Below are positions 17,383 to 26,591 of a DNA stretch of 64,000 nt, piece after piece. The position numbers were made by a program, and so were the translations under genes. The stretch lies in contig JAHJKD010000049.1 of assembly GCA_018822435.1 (NCBI GenBank), forward strand, positions 6,511-70,510, in the 5' to 3' direction. This DNA is from Patescibacteria group bacterium. Lineage in GTDB: Bacteria; Patescibacteriota; Patescibacteriia; UBA9570; JAHJKD01. Each line of letters starts with the position of its first letter. The first letter of the stretch is position 1. The notes under the pieces were generated by a model that ran no database searches, was not told the origin of the DNA, and was given only the letters and a program-made list of their open reading frames with translations.

Positions 17383-18132
17383 TTACCCTCCAAAAAAGAT
17401 TTTGACAACCCACATAAAGGCCACGCCCAAGACGAACATAAAAAAAGATAGCAAAGACTTGCTTAGCTTCTTTTCTTTATGCAATTCCGGGATTAAATCC
17501 GAGGCAGCAATATAAATAAATCCGCCCGCCGCAAACGGCAGGATAAAATCGATAAACTCATTGGTCTGATTGGCAAAATAAAAACCAATAATAGCGCCAA
17601 CTACAGCCAGAAGGGCCGTGCCAAAATTATATAGCAGAGCTTTGCCGCGGGACAAGCCGGCATGGATCAGGACGCCGAAGTCGGAAATTTCCTGCGGCAA
17701 TTCATGGAAAATGACAGCAATTGATGTGGCGACTCCCAACTGGAAATCGACGACAAAAGCGGCGGCAATAATAAGGCCGTCCAGAAAATTATGGACGCCA
17801 TCCCCGATCAGGTTCGTATAAGCAAAAGTGTGGACATCGCATTCCCCTTCATTTTCATGGCAATGATGCCATTGCAGAAGCCTCTCAATAATGAAGAAAA
17901 GGGAAAAACCGATAATAACTGCTAAACCGATTACATCCCAATCGCCCTCTTCAGCTGCTTCCGGGATCAAATGCAGAAGCGCGCCGCCCATCAGGGCACC
18001 GGCGGAAAAACCGACCAGTAAAATTGTGATCTTTTTTAATGTTTTTTTATTTATAGCCAAGAAGACAATGCCTAATAAAGAAATGAGGCTGATTATACCA
18101 GTGGCAATTAATGCGGCTAATAATGGGGACAT
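17383..18132 (-). CDS. ZIP family metal (Zn) transporter
   Basis: HWHH-like His loop, GDGVHNFLDG, HELPQEISDF, ASDLIPELH. Confidence 0.93.
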   Translation of the reverse strand: MSPLLAALIATGIISLISLLGIVFLAINKKTLKKITILLVGFSAGALMGGALLHLIPEAAEEGDWDVIGLAVIIGFSLFFIIERLLQWHHCHENEGECDVHTFAYTNLIGDGVHNFLDGLIIAAAFVVDFQLGVATSIAVIFHELPQEISDFGVLIHAGLSRGKALLYNFGTALLAVVGAIIGFYFANQTNEFIDFILPFAAGGFIYIAASDLIPELHKEKKLSKSLLSFFMFVLGVAFMWVVKIFFGG

Positions 18133-18137
18133 AATTA

Positions 18138-20471
18138 TTATATTAGTTTTTTCTTGCCTTTTTTCTCTTTCATGCCGGTAAGGGGAATGGTGACGGAGAA
18201 AGTTGTGCCTTTGTTTTCAACAGATTTAAACGAAATTGTTCCGCCTGAATTGTCCAATATCTGCTTAACAATATATAAACCAAGACCTGTTCCTTCGGTG
18301 TCTTTTTCCCGGACATTATCAGCCCGGAAGAGCTTGGAGAACATCTTGTCCTGCTGGTGGGTCGGGATGCCATAGCCGGTGTCTTTGACAGTGATGAGCA
18401 CGTTCGGCTTTTTGACTTTCATTTCCAGGTCTACTTTACCCTTGGGCGGGGTATATTTGATGGCATTAGAAAGCAGATTCTGTAAAATGATGCGCATGAG
18501 CTTGGGATCAACTTTTATTTTCGGGATCTTGTCGTATTTTTTTGTGACTTTGATTTTGCCTTTTTTAGACCGAACTTCAAGTTCCCGTAAAACACTATCC
18601 GCAATTTTTGTAATATCATCCAATTGCGGCTCGATCGTAAAGGTGCCATGCTCCAGGCGGGAGACGTTGAGCAAGCCGTTGACCAGGTCTATCATGCGCT
18701 GGTTTGATTCATGAATAGATTTTACAAAATCATTTTGTTCTGGATTCAGCTTGCCGGCATCCTGCTCCAATAACATTTCCGAGAACCAATTGATGGAAGT
18801 AAGCGGAGTTTGGAGCTGATGGGAGGCAAGAGAGACAAATTCGGTCTTTGCCCGATCCACTTCCTTTTCCCGGGTTATATCCCTTTCAATTCCCACGAAA
18901 AATTCAACTTCTTTTCTTTCATTTATAATTGGAACGATGTTCACAGCGGCATCATATTGGTCGCCGTTTTTTCTTTGGTTGATCAAACCTCCGATGAACG
19001 GTTTTTTTGATTTCTTGATGCCTTTCCATAATTCTTTATAGAAATCTTCATCCATCAAACCGCCCCAATTTTCCTTAGTTCCGGCCTTCTTGCCCAAAAT
19101 TTCTTTCCGGTCGAAACCGGTAATTCTTTGGGCAGCGTCATTCATGTAAATGACCAAACCGTCTGGGTTTGTAATAATAATATGGTCAGAAGCATTATCA
19201 ACCGCTAATTTATATTTTTCCAGGTCTTTGGCCAGCAGGCCGGTCTTTTTCTTTTCTTCTTCCACATCTTCCAGCACGGAAAGCATGGCTTCCTGCTGGT
19301 CTTCCAGTTCTTCCTGGCTGGCTTTCATGTCCTTAGTCTGATCTTCCACTTTTTTATCAACTTCCCGCTTTTCCTTCATGATTGCCGCTGTCATCTTGTC
19401 AAAAGAGCGTGCTAATTGGCCAATTTCATCCTTTGCTTTTGTGCCAACTTTATAATTAAAATCTCCGGCTTCAATTTTTTCCGTACCACGGTGCAATTGT
19501 TCTATAGGCTTACTAATGCGGCGTGAAACCAGCAAAGAAAGCAGAAGAAAAACACAAATAGCCAAAGACAGCGAGGAGCCAATAATCGTTAAAACCTGCA
19601 GCCTAGTTGACTCAGCTTCGGAAGAGTCTATCTCGGCTAAAACACACCAATTTGTTATTGGTATAGTGGCATGCCCGCCGATGACTCCTACCCCGCGATA
19701 ATCATCAAATTTTCCAGTCGCCGGATGGCCGACATGTTCATCGGTCATCGCCGCCAGCATTTGCCGGCAATGGGCGGCGTTTTCCGTATTAATCTCTATA
19801 TCTAAAAAATTTCCGTTCTTATAACGCAACGGGCTTAAAGCATATCCCTCTTCATTAATAATATAGGTTTCGCCTGTTTCTCCCATTTCTCCATTATTGG
19901 CAAGTCCTTCATATATGCCTTCAAGAGAATAATCAGCCACTAGGCCGCCGATGACACGGCCTTCTTCATCTCTAACGGGCATGCCAAAATCCATTCCTGG
20001 AGCACCCAAGAATTCGGAAAAATGAATGTCCTTAAAAAATATTTCATCCTGAGAAATAATGCTGATTATCTCCTCCTTGCTTGTATCAACCACGCTGGGA
20101 TCAGTTGACTGCAATATTTTTCCCTCGTTATTTATAACGCTAATTTTGAAAACTTCATTTTGGTTTCTTAAGAAATTTTCAAATTGGGCCTGGACTTCGT
20201 TTTTGTATTGTTCGTAATTATTACTGCCTTCCTGGGCTTGTAATAAATTTCTAACCTCCTCTTCGCTGGCCAGAATAACTAGAATCTCCCGCTCTTCTTC
20301 TATAGAGTTAATAATATTGTCAGCTTTTTGACTGGCTATTATTTCGTAATCAGAATAAATTTCTTTTTCCAAACCATTACTAACAATTGTACTTATAGTA
20401 AATCCTAATGCGCCAAGTATTATAGCCGGCGGCAATAGATAAGTTAGCAATATCCGACTTCTGATCTTCAT
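18138..20471 (-). CDS. Sensor histidine kinase (Cache-HAMP-PAS-HisKA-HATPase)
   Basis: 2 TM segments, DEIGQLARSF HAMP, PAS, SHQLQTPLT H-box, NLLSNAIKY, DTGYGI, GTGLGL. Confidence 0.93.
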   Translation of the reverse strand: MKIRSRILLTYLLPPAIILGALGFTISTIVSNGLEKEIYSDYEIIASQKADNIINSIEEEREILVILASEEEVRNLLQAQEGSNNYEQYKNEVQAQFENFLRNQNEVFKISVINNEGKILQSTDPSVVDTSKEEIISIISQDEIFFKDIHFSEFLGAPGMDFGMPVRDEEGRVIGGLVADYSLEGIYEGLANNGEMGETGETYIINEEGYALSPLRYKNGNFLDIEINTENAAHCRQMLAAMTDEHVGHPATGKFDDYRGVGVIGGHATIPITNWCVLAEIDSSEAESTRLQVLTIIGSSLSLAICVFLLLSLLVSRRISKPIEQLHRGTEKIEAGDFNYKVGTKAKDEIGQLARSFDKMTAAIMKEKREVDKKVEDQTKDMKASQEELEDQQEAMLSVLEDVEEEKKKTGLLAKDLEKYKLAVDNASDHIIITNPDGLVIYMNDAAQRITGFDRKEILGKKAGTKENWGGLMDEDFYKELWKGIKKSKKPFIGGLINQRKNGDQYDAAVNIVPIINERKEVEFFVGIERDITREKEVDRAKTEFVSLASHQLQTPLTSINWFSEMLLEQDAGKLNPEQNDFVKSIHESNQRMIDLVNGLLNVSRLEHGTFTIEPQLDDITKIADSVLRELEVRSKKGKIKVTKKYDKIPKIKVDPKLMRIILQNLLSNAIKYTPPKGKVDLEMKVKKPNVLITVKDTGYGIPTHQQDKMFSKLFRADNVREKDTEGTGLGLYIVKQILDNSGGTISFKSVENKGTTFSVTIPLTGMKEKKGKKKLI

Positions 20472-20489
20472 CTTCCTGAATTAATATTG

Positions 20490-20816
20490 TTATTTTAATT
20501 TTTTTACCAAGCCCATAATCTGGCTGTAATGCTTTTCAATGATTTTCGGATCCCGAAAATTCCGGGAAAATTCAGCCAGCTGCTGCATAACGTCCATAAT
20601 CGCTTTTTTATCAGGATTATTATAGTCATGGCTCGTGTCCTCAAAGGCTTTTTCCACGATGGAATGGCAATATTCATGGCTGGCCTCTTTGCCGGCTTCG
20701 GCCACGTCCGAATCAGCACAATGCGCTTCATAAAAGCACTCGACAATGGCATCGCGGACTTCAAGCGGAGTCAGTTCCTTGTCCGGATCCACGCCGTAGA
20801 TCTTTTTTGTTGCCAT
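20490..20816 (-). CDS. Small helical protein in the sensor operon
   Basis: 108-aa ORF tightly spaced between the PAS protein and the kinase; VRDAIVECFYEAH motif. Confidence 0.8.
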   Translation of the reverse strand: MATKKIYGVDPDKELTPLEVRDAIVECFYEAHCADSDVAEAGKEASHEYCHSIVEKAFEDTSHDYNNPDKKAIMDVMQQLAEFSRNFRDPKIIEKHYSQIMGLVKKLK

Positions 20817-20821
20817 AAATT

Positions 20822-22120
20822 TTATTTATTTAATTTTTCCTGCAATTGCTTGTTCTTTTTTTTGAGATCGATGATGCGTATTTCCCGGCCGATCATGACC
20901 TTGTTCAGCCTTTTCAACTGGGTATTGCGCTTTTCGATCTCGGCCATGGCCGCTTCAGAGAGAGTAACGTCTTCGCCAGAACTCAAACTGCCGATGACAT
21001 CGCCTTTTTCATCTTTCAAAAGAGTATTGTGCCAGCGGATTTCCTTGGTTTGGCCGTCTTTGGTCAAAACCGCATTTTTATAGCCCTCAGGGAAGAGGGT
21101 TTCATATTTGTCAGGATTATTCAGGCCTTGAATATGCTTCTTTTTTAAATCTGCCCTTATCTTTGCGGGGACAAAGTTTTCAAACCAATTTTTACCATCA
21201 ATTTCTTTGACTGAATACCCTAATAATTCAGCGCCCTTGTTGTTGATCATTGTCACTTCTCCTTTTTTATCCAGAGCCATGATGATGGCGCCGGCCAGAT
21301 CGAGATAGTTTTGAGCTTTTTCCTGTTCCTGCTTTAATAAGAAATCAGCTTCTTTTTCTTTAGTAATATCGCGCACCAAAATCTGGACGGCATAGGGCTT
21401 CTCCCCCACTTTCAAGAGCCCGTTCCGGACCGATGCCAATACTTTCTTCTTTGATTTTGTCGTCATTTCAATCTCATATTCTTCGGGAATATTTCCGGAC
21501 ACCGCCTGATCAAATATCTTTTTTAATTTGGGAATATCTTTCTTGTAAAAAACCTTGAATTCAGTAAATTTCTTGCCTATCATTTCATCCCGGGTCAATT
21601 CAAGCATATTTAGGATGGCGTTATTGACGTCCGTAATCCGGCCTTCGAGATCAAAAACTACCATGCCGTCCGGGGCGAGTTCAAAAATTGTCTTGAACCT
21701 TTCTTCGGCTTTTACTCTTTCAGTAATATCGTGGGCAACGACAACTTCCCCGGTGATCTTGCCCTTTTCATTCCGGATGGGCGTGGCCGTGATCGTGCCG
21801 ATGCGTATTTCCCCTTTTTTTGTCTTTAATTCCACCTCATACGGAGGAATATGGCGGCCCAGCATGCGCAAAGCAAAATTTTTCCCAATGGTCGTGACCG
21901 CACTGCGCGTAAGAAAAGGCAGGCGAAGGATGCTCTTGCCGACAAGATCTTCCCTTTTATAACCCATGAGCTTGTAGACCTGCTCATTGATGTCGAGCAG
22001 TTTTCCGGATCGGTTCACGAACAGGATCGTCTCCGGAGACAATTCAAAAATGTTCTTATATCTTTGGTATTTTTCAAAATCTACTTTTTGTTCTGGTTGT
22101 TTTTCTGATTTTTTCGGCAT
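20822..22120 (-). CDS. Cytoplasmic triple-PAS sensor with 'GRE' coiled-coil tail, no kinase domain
   Basis: Three PAS/PAC repeats (DITE, DITK, DVT); ends LNKVMIGREIRIIDLKKK. Confidence 0.88.
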   Translation of the reverse strand: MPKKSEKQPEQKVDFEKYQRYKNIFELSPETILFVNRSGKLLDINEQVYKLMGYKREDLVGKSILRLPFLTRSAVTTIGKNFALRMLGRHIPPYEVELKTKKGEIRIGTITATPIRNEKGKITGEVVVAHDITERVKAEERFKTIFELAPDGMVVFDLEGRITDVNNAILNMLELTRDEMIGKKFTEFKVFYKKDIPKLKKIFDQAVSGNIPEEYEIEMTTKSKKKVLASVRNGLLKVGEKPYAVQILVRDITKEKEADFLLKQEQEKAQNYLDLAGAIIMALDKKGEVTMINNKGAELLGYSVKEIDGKNWFENFVPAKIRADLKKKHIQGLNNPDKYETLFPEGYKNAVLTKDGQTKEIRWHNTLLKDEKGDVIGSLSSGEDVTLSEAAMAEIEKRNTQLKRLNKVMIGREIRIIDLKKKNKQLQEKLNK

Positions 22121-22184
22121 GTTTTTATTTTGAAGGGTATTTTTTTGCGAGTATATTATACCATAGAATCAAAATTTTCCCTAT

Positions 22185-23591
22185 TTACTGCTTTGCCTTA
22201 AACTTTTTTATTTCCTCTTTCAATTCCGTCATTTTTATTTCCCGGCCGGTCATCAGTCTCATGGCCTTTTCCAGTTCAGCGATCTTATTTTTCAGCTCGT
22301 CTTCCGCTTCTTTTTTCTTGGTGATGTCCCGGGCAATGATAGTTACTCCTGTCACTATACCTTTTATTTTATAAGGATAACTACTAATCTGTATGACTCC
22401 ATTGCTCTTGTCCTTCCGGATAAAGCCGTATTCGTCGACAACTGATTCGCCGTTCAGCACTTTTTTAAAAGCCATTAATGCCCTTGGTATGTCCTTCTTG
22501 ATGACAAACTTGGTAAAATCCAAATTAAGGACTTCCTTTTTATTAAATCCCCAAATCCGGGCAGCGGCATCATTGGCAAAAATCACTTTTCCATTTTTTC
22601 CGATCTGGACGATGCCGTCGATCGATGCTTCTGTTATTTGCCGATATTTTTCTTCTGACTTCTCAAATTGAGCTGTTTGTTCATGGACTTCTCTTTTTAA
22701 GGTCCTCTGATATGTCCTCATGACTATAATAAATAAGCCGGCTATCAATAATAAGAAACCGCCGCCGTATATTACCCATTTTGCCCAAATAGGAAAAATT
22801 TCCACTTCTTCTTTGATGCCCGGAAAATGCTCGTCGATCGATTGATAATAAATGCTATCGGGATTGCTTTTCATATTTTTCAGATACTGGTCAATAACAG
22901 GAATAATATAATTGTTGTCCGGCGCATTTTTAGGAAAAGCGAACCGCAATTCAACCAGATTGAACACGAGGGAGGTCTGCACGATATTATATTTCTCCGC
23001 ATTCGCTTCTCCGAAAAACCGACTGACTACGCCGATATCAGCTTCGCCCTGATCGAGTAACTGAAATACATCCGCGTATTCTTCGACATCGAAATAATTC
23101 ACCTCAATACCAAAGCTTTCAAGAAGTTTTTCAAGGCCAAGAGGTCCGGAAAAATGGATCCCGCTTTTCAGGATGGCAATTTTCTTGTCCTGAAAATCAA
23201 AAAATGAATTTATTTCGATCCCTTCACGGGCATAAACCTGCGCCCAAGAGCTAAGTACGGATTTCTCATTAAAATCATAAAGCCTCTCTCTTTCCTCTGA
23301 AAGCGCTATGTCAACCATAATGTCAATCTCATTATTAGCCAGACGCTCCAATCCTTCGTCCCATGTACCATAGACATACTGCACCTGCCAGCCTTCCTGT
23401 TCCGCCATATAATTGATAATATCAGCCCAGAATCCTTTTATCTCGCCGTCTTCGTCCATAAATATTTTAGGAGAATTGTCATACACTCCCACCCGCACGA
23501 TAGTCGGATCTTCTTGCGCGTTGACTAAATTTGGCGATAAAAAAGCTAAAAACAACGCTGTATAGCACAGTGTTTGTAAGAATTTTTTCAT
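22185..23591 (-). CDS. Extracellular solute-binding (SBP family 3)-TM-PAS sensor with 'GRE' tail, no kinase domain
   Basis: VRVGVY.N.P...G...DI SBP3 fold, TM, PAS; ends AMRLMTGREIKMTELKEEI. Confidence 0.88.
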   Translation of the reverse strand: MKKFLQTLCYTALFLAFLSPNLVNAQEDPTIVRVGVYDNSPKIFMDEDGEIKGFWADIINYMAEQEGWQVQYVYGTWDEGLERLANNEIDIMVDIALSEERERLYDFNEKSVLSSWAQVYAREGIEINSFFDFQDKKIAILKSGIHFSGPLGLEKLLESFGIEVNYFDVEEYADVFQLLDQGEADIGVVSRFFGEANAEKYNIVQTSLVFNLVELRFAFPKNAPDNNYIIPVIDQYLKNMKSNPDSIYYQSIDEHFPGIKEEVEIFPIWAKWVIYGGGFLLLIAGLFIIVMRTYQRTLKREVHEQTAQFEKSEEKYRQITEASIDGIVQIGKNGKVIFANDAAARIWGFNKKEVLNLDFTKFVIKKDIPRALMAFKKVLNGESVVDEYGFIRKDKSNGVIQISSYPYKIKGIVTGVTIIARDITKKKEAEDELKNKIAELEKAMRLMTGREIKMTELKEEIKKFKAKQ

Positions 23592-23680
23592 ATGAAATAT
23601 TGATAATTTAACTGTCTATTTTTAGTATACCACAAAATAAAAAATCCCCCATAGCGGGGTATCAGGTCGAGGGGGCTACA

Positions 23681-23724
23681 GTCCTGAGCGAGGAAATTCA
23701 CGAAGTGAATCCGAGTCAAAGGGC
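23681..23724. repeat. Palindromic repeat (cctgag...tcaaaggg type) abutting the tRNA-Gln 3' end
   Basis: Ends match the reverse complement of the gcccttcga...ctcagggc elements at 39907 and 48070. Confidence 0.55.
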
Positions 23725-23795
23725 TGGGGAGGCAGGATTCGAACCTGCGAATGCATGGACCAGAACCATGTGCCTTACCACTTGGCGACTCCCCA
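23724..23795 (-). tRNA. tRNA-Gln(CTG)
   Basis: tggggag/ctcccca acceptor, catgg-tt-CTG-gt-ccatg anticodon arm, GTTCGAATCC. Confidence 0.96.
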
Positions 23796-23802
23796 ATGAA
23801 TT

Positions 23803-25476
23803 TTACGTCTCACTGCTTTTCATGACATCCGTGCCATAAGTATTTTTGGCCAGGTCCCAGACATTTTCGGCTTCTTCATCAGTCGGGACTTCGATGTTGT
23901 CAGATTTGGCCGCTTTGATGACATCGGCATTGACATCATATTCATCTCCGAGGATGCATTGCAACCGGACCGGGCGTTTTATCTTGTCAGAAATTATTTT
24001 TTCAATTATTTCCAGATTTTCAGCTTCACATATTCTATCAGAGTGGAATTTATATTTCAAGCCGAGCGTTAACGTCTCTCCTTCAATGCAAATTAAATGG
24101 GAAAGCTGGACAGTCAGGGCTAAAGAATGATTACTTTCTCTGATGGCTTTTACAACATCAGGCCAGGCTTTTTTAATGTCATCTATTTCATCGCATTTAA
24201 CGGCCTTGGGGTGATCTTCATCTTTTTTTTTCGGAATCGGTTGGGTTGACTTGAAGGGCGGGGGTGATTTTAACTCGGCTCTACTTCGCTCCATCCCTTC
24301 GCCCTTTGGGCTTCGGGGGAGCTTCGTAGGAGCCTGAGGTTGTTGCGGCTGCTCAGAAGGAGGGCCAGCCGGGGCGGAGGGAGGCGCGCCGAAACAAATT
24401 TCAACCACAGCAAGTTCAAGCGGTAGCTGAGGAATTTCCGCCGTTTTTAATTCCGGACCTTTTTTAATAAAGATTTCTATCATATCCATGATCTGATGAC
24501 CGCTGACTTTTTCCAGACTATTTTGGAGCTGATCATAATTTTCTTTGTCCAGCTCCATATATTCTAAATTTTCAAGTTTGTGATTGACCTTGTAAAGCAT
24601 GAGTTTTCTTAAAAACTCAACCATATCAGAATCGAAGTTGTTCAGGTCTATGCCCTGATCAATAAGCGAGTTTATGGTGGCAATCCCCTCAGAAGCATTT
24701 TTAGAAGCCAATTCGTCAAACAACTTATAAGCCAGATTGAGATCAGAATGAGGAATAACTAGTTCGGCCACTTCCAGGGTGACCGGGTCTTCGTCCAGAG
24801 ATAAAATTTGGCCGAGCAGGCTTTCTGAATCGCGAACAGCGCCTTCTGAATGGTGAACGATTTTTTTAATGACGTCCTCATTAACATTGGCTTTTTCTTT
24901 TTGGGAAATCATAGTGAGCCGTTCGGCTAATTTATTTGCCGGGACCTTTTTAAAATCAAATCTCTGGCACCGGGAAATTATTGTTTCCGGCAGTTTGTGG
25001 GATTCTGTAGTGGCTAAAATAAAATATGTATTAGCCGGCGGCTCTTCCAGAGTTTTTAATAAAGCATTAAAAGCAGAGATCGAAAGCATGTGGACTTCAT
25101 CGATAATAAAAACTTTATTCTTAAAATGCGACGGGGCGACCCGGGAATTGTCGATAATATTTTCGCGGACATTGTCTACGCCCGTATGGGAAGCGGCGTC
25201 TATTTCAATCACGTCCAAAGCCTTTCCGGCCATGACGGCCTGGCACGCTTCGCAAACATTGCACGGCTCGCCTTCTTTCAGGTTTTCACAGTTGATGCTT
25301 TTAGCAATCAAACGGGCCATAGTCGTCTTGCCGATGCCGCGAGGACCGGAAAATAAAAAAGCATGCGGCATGGATCCGCTTTTTAACTCATTCTGGATGA
25401 CCTGTTTGATATGGTCTTGGCCGACTACTTCGGTAAAGGATTGAGGCCGGTATTTTCGATATAATGTATTACTCAT
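23803..25476 (-). CDS. dnaX: DNA polymerase III subunit gamma/tau
   Basis: LYRKYRPQ.F, GPRGIGKTT, C..C zinc motif, EIDAAS, IIDEVHMLS..AFNALLKTLEEPP, SRCQ. Confidence 0.97.
   Translation of the reverse strand: MSNTLYRKYRPQSFTEVVGQDHIKQVIQNELKSGSMPHAFLFSGPRGIGKTTMARLIAKSINCENLKEGEPCNVCEACQAVMAGKALDVIEIDAASHTGVDNVRENIIDNSRVAPSHFKNKVFIIDEVHMLSISAFNALLKTLEEPPANTYFILATTESHKLPETIISRCQRFDFKKVPANKLAERLTMISQKEKANVNEDVIKKIVHHSEGAVRDSESLLGQILSLDEDPVTLEVAELVIPHSDLNLAYKLFDELASKNASEGIATINSLIDQGIDLNNFDSDMVEFLRKLMLYKVNHKLENLEYMELDKENYDQLQNSLEKVSGHQIMDMIEIFIKKGPELKTAEIPQLPLELAVVEICFGAPPSAPAGPPSEQPQQPQAPTKLPRSPKGEGMERSRAELKSPPPFKSTQPIPKKKDEDHPKAVKCDEIDDIKKAWPDVVKAIRESNHSLALTVQLSHLICIEGETLTLGLKYKFHSDRICEAENLEIIEKIISDKIKRPVRLQCILGDEYDVNADVIKAAKSDNIEVPTDEEAENVWDLAKNTYGTDVMKSSET
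24277..24334. repeat. Nested cttcg palindrome inside the dnaX linker
   Basis: ggctctacttcgc...gcttcgtaggagcc; same arms as 48088-48120 and similar to 59891-59947. Confidence 0.8.
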
Positions 25477-25520
25477 GGTTCAGATATTTTAAACTAAAAA
25501 TATTCTTTTGGCAAGTATAA

Positions 25521-25613
25521 AAATAGACCAATACCCCGAATAAATTCGGGGCTTGGCCTATTTTTTTCTATCTAATTTTTTCAAACCCTGAATTTATTCA
25601 GGGTTTGAAAAAA
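25521..25613. repeat. Palindromes taccccgaataaattcggggctt (25532-25554, inside a terminator) and ttttttcaaaccctgaatttattcagggtttgaaaaaa (25576-25613)
   Basis: The first is identical to 60074-60096; the second carries a related core in the opposite orientation. Confidence 0.8.
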
Positions 25614-25614
25614 T

Positions 25615-25863
25615 CTATTTTTCTAAGTCTTCTAGATTTTTTTTGGCTCCAGCCATCCATCGCTCATACGTCTCTCTTTTTTCTTCGGTTCCGGCATTTT
25701 TTGCCATGTCTGCGTATTGTTGAATCATTTTTCTGAGCTCAATTTTCTGTTTTGATTTGTCCTTCCTTAATATTTCTTGCAAAGCAGGATCATCTGCTTC
25801 AAAAGCCTCTAGGGCTTCTCGAGTAATTTTTGGGTGTCGTAAATTTTCTGCAGGGGCGACCAT
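25615..25863 (-). CDS. Hypothetical protein
   Basis: 82-aa helical ORF in operon-like spacing. Confidence 0.6.
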   Translation of the reverse strand: MVAPAENLRHPKITREALEAFEADDPALQEILRKDKSKQKIELRKMIQQYADMAKNAGTEEKRETYERWMAGAKKNLEDLEK

Positions 25864-25873
25864 ATATTTTAAT

Positions 25874-26506
25874 TTAATCGTCTTCTTTATCTTCTAACTG
25901 GAAATCCATGCCCAGGCCAAGTTCGGCGTCAGCACCGTTTTCTAATAATTCGGCTGGTATTTCTTCGCCTTCTTTAATAATATTTTCAACTGCTGCCCAT
26001 TTAGATCCACCCTCTTTTGGAATCAGAACCACAACTTTATCACCCGGCTCGCCTTTATAATATGTGACTGAAGCAAGGATCAGCTTGTAACTGTCACTCC
26101 CCGCTACAGCTTTGAATTCACCTGATTCATCATCACGCACCAGAGAGCCTGTTACCCGGGATCTTTCTACCGGGCCGATCTGTTTATATACAAATGAACC
26201 GTCTTTAGAAATAGTGAGCTTTAAAATATCCCCTTCGACAAGTTTTGATTTTGAAGCATAATTGGCCGGTACGGTATAAATCTCACCTTCAGGCCCGATC
26301 ATATTCTGGCCATTAAAGACGCCTTCGACTATCTTCTGGGTTTTGTTTTGTTCTATATTTCCTACCTCCCGAGCTTTTTCCGCCACTTCTCTTAATTCGT
26401 CCGGGCCCATGCCTTCTATCAAAGTTTTGGCCTTTAAAAGGTTAGCTTGAGCATTTTCAATAGATTGCAATAAATCATTGATTTTGTCTTTGTTTTCTTC
26501 TGTCAT
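25874..26506 (-). CDS. Conserved hypothetical protein (VPANYASKSKLVEGD motif)
   Basis: EGVFNG..M, YASKSKLVEGD.LKL, YKQIGPVER, ASVTY motifs recalled from CPR genomes. Confidence 0.75.
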   Translation of the reverse strand: MTEENKDKINDLLQSIENAQANLLKAKTLIEGMGPDELREVAEKAREVGNIEQNKTQKIVEGVFNGQNMIGPEGEIYTVPANYASKSKLVEGDILKLTISKDGSFVYKQIGPVERSRVTGSLVRDDESGEFKAVAGSDSYKLILASVTYYKGEPGDKVVVLIPKEGGSKWAAVENIIKEGEEIPAELLENGADAELGLGMDFQLEDKEDD

Positions 26507-26528
26507 TTTTTTATTTTATTTTTATCTT

Positions 26529-26553
26529 GAGACGCGAAAAATCGCGTCTTTAC
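26529..26553. repeat. REP-like GTAAAGACGCGATT..TCGCGTCTC, copy 1
   Basis: Near-identical copies at 38991-39015 and 42897-42921. Confidence 0.8.
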
Positions 26554-26591
26554 TTAAATATATATAGTTGTTTCTATGAACAGGACTCTAA

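Noticed and set aside
17279-17515. ORF-track ORFs overlapping tRNA-Pro
   Set aside because: These are translations of the tRNA sequence and the antisense strand of the ZIP gene.
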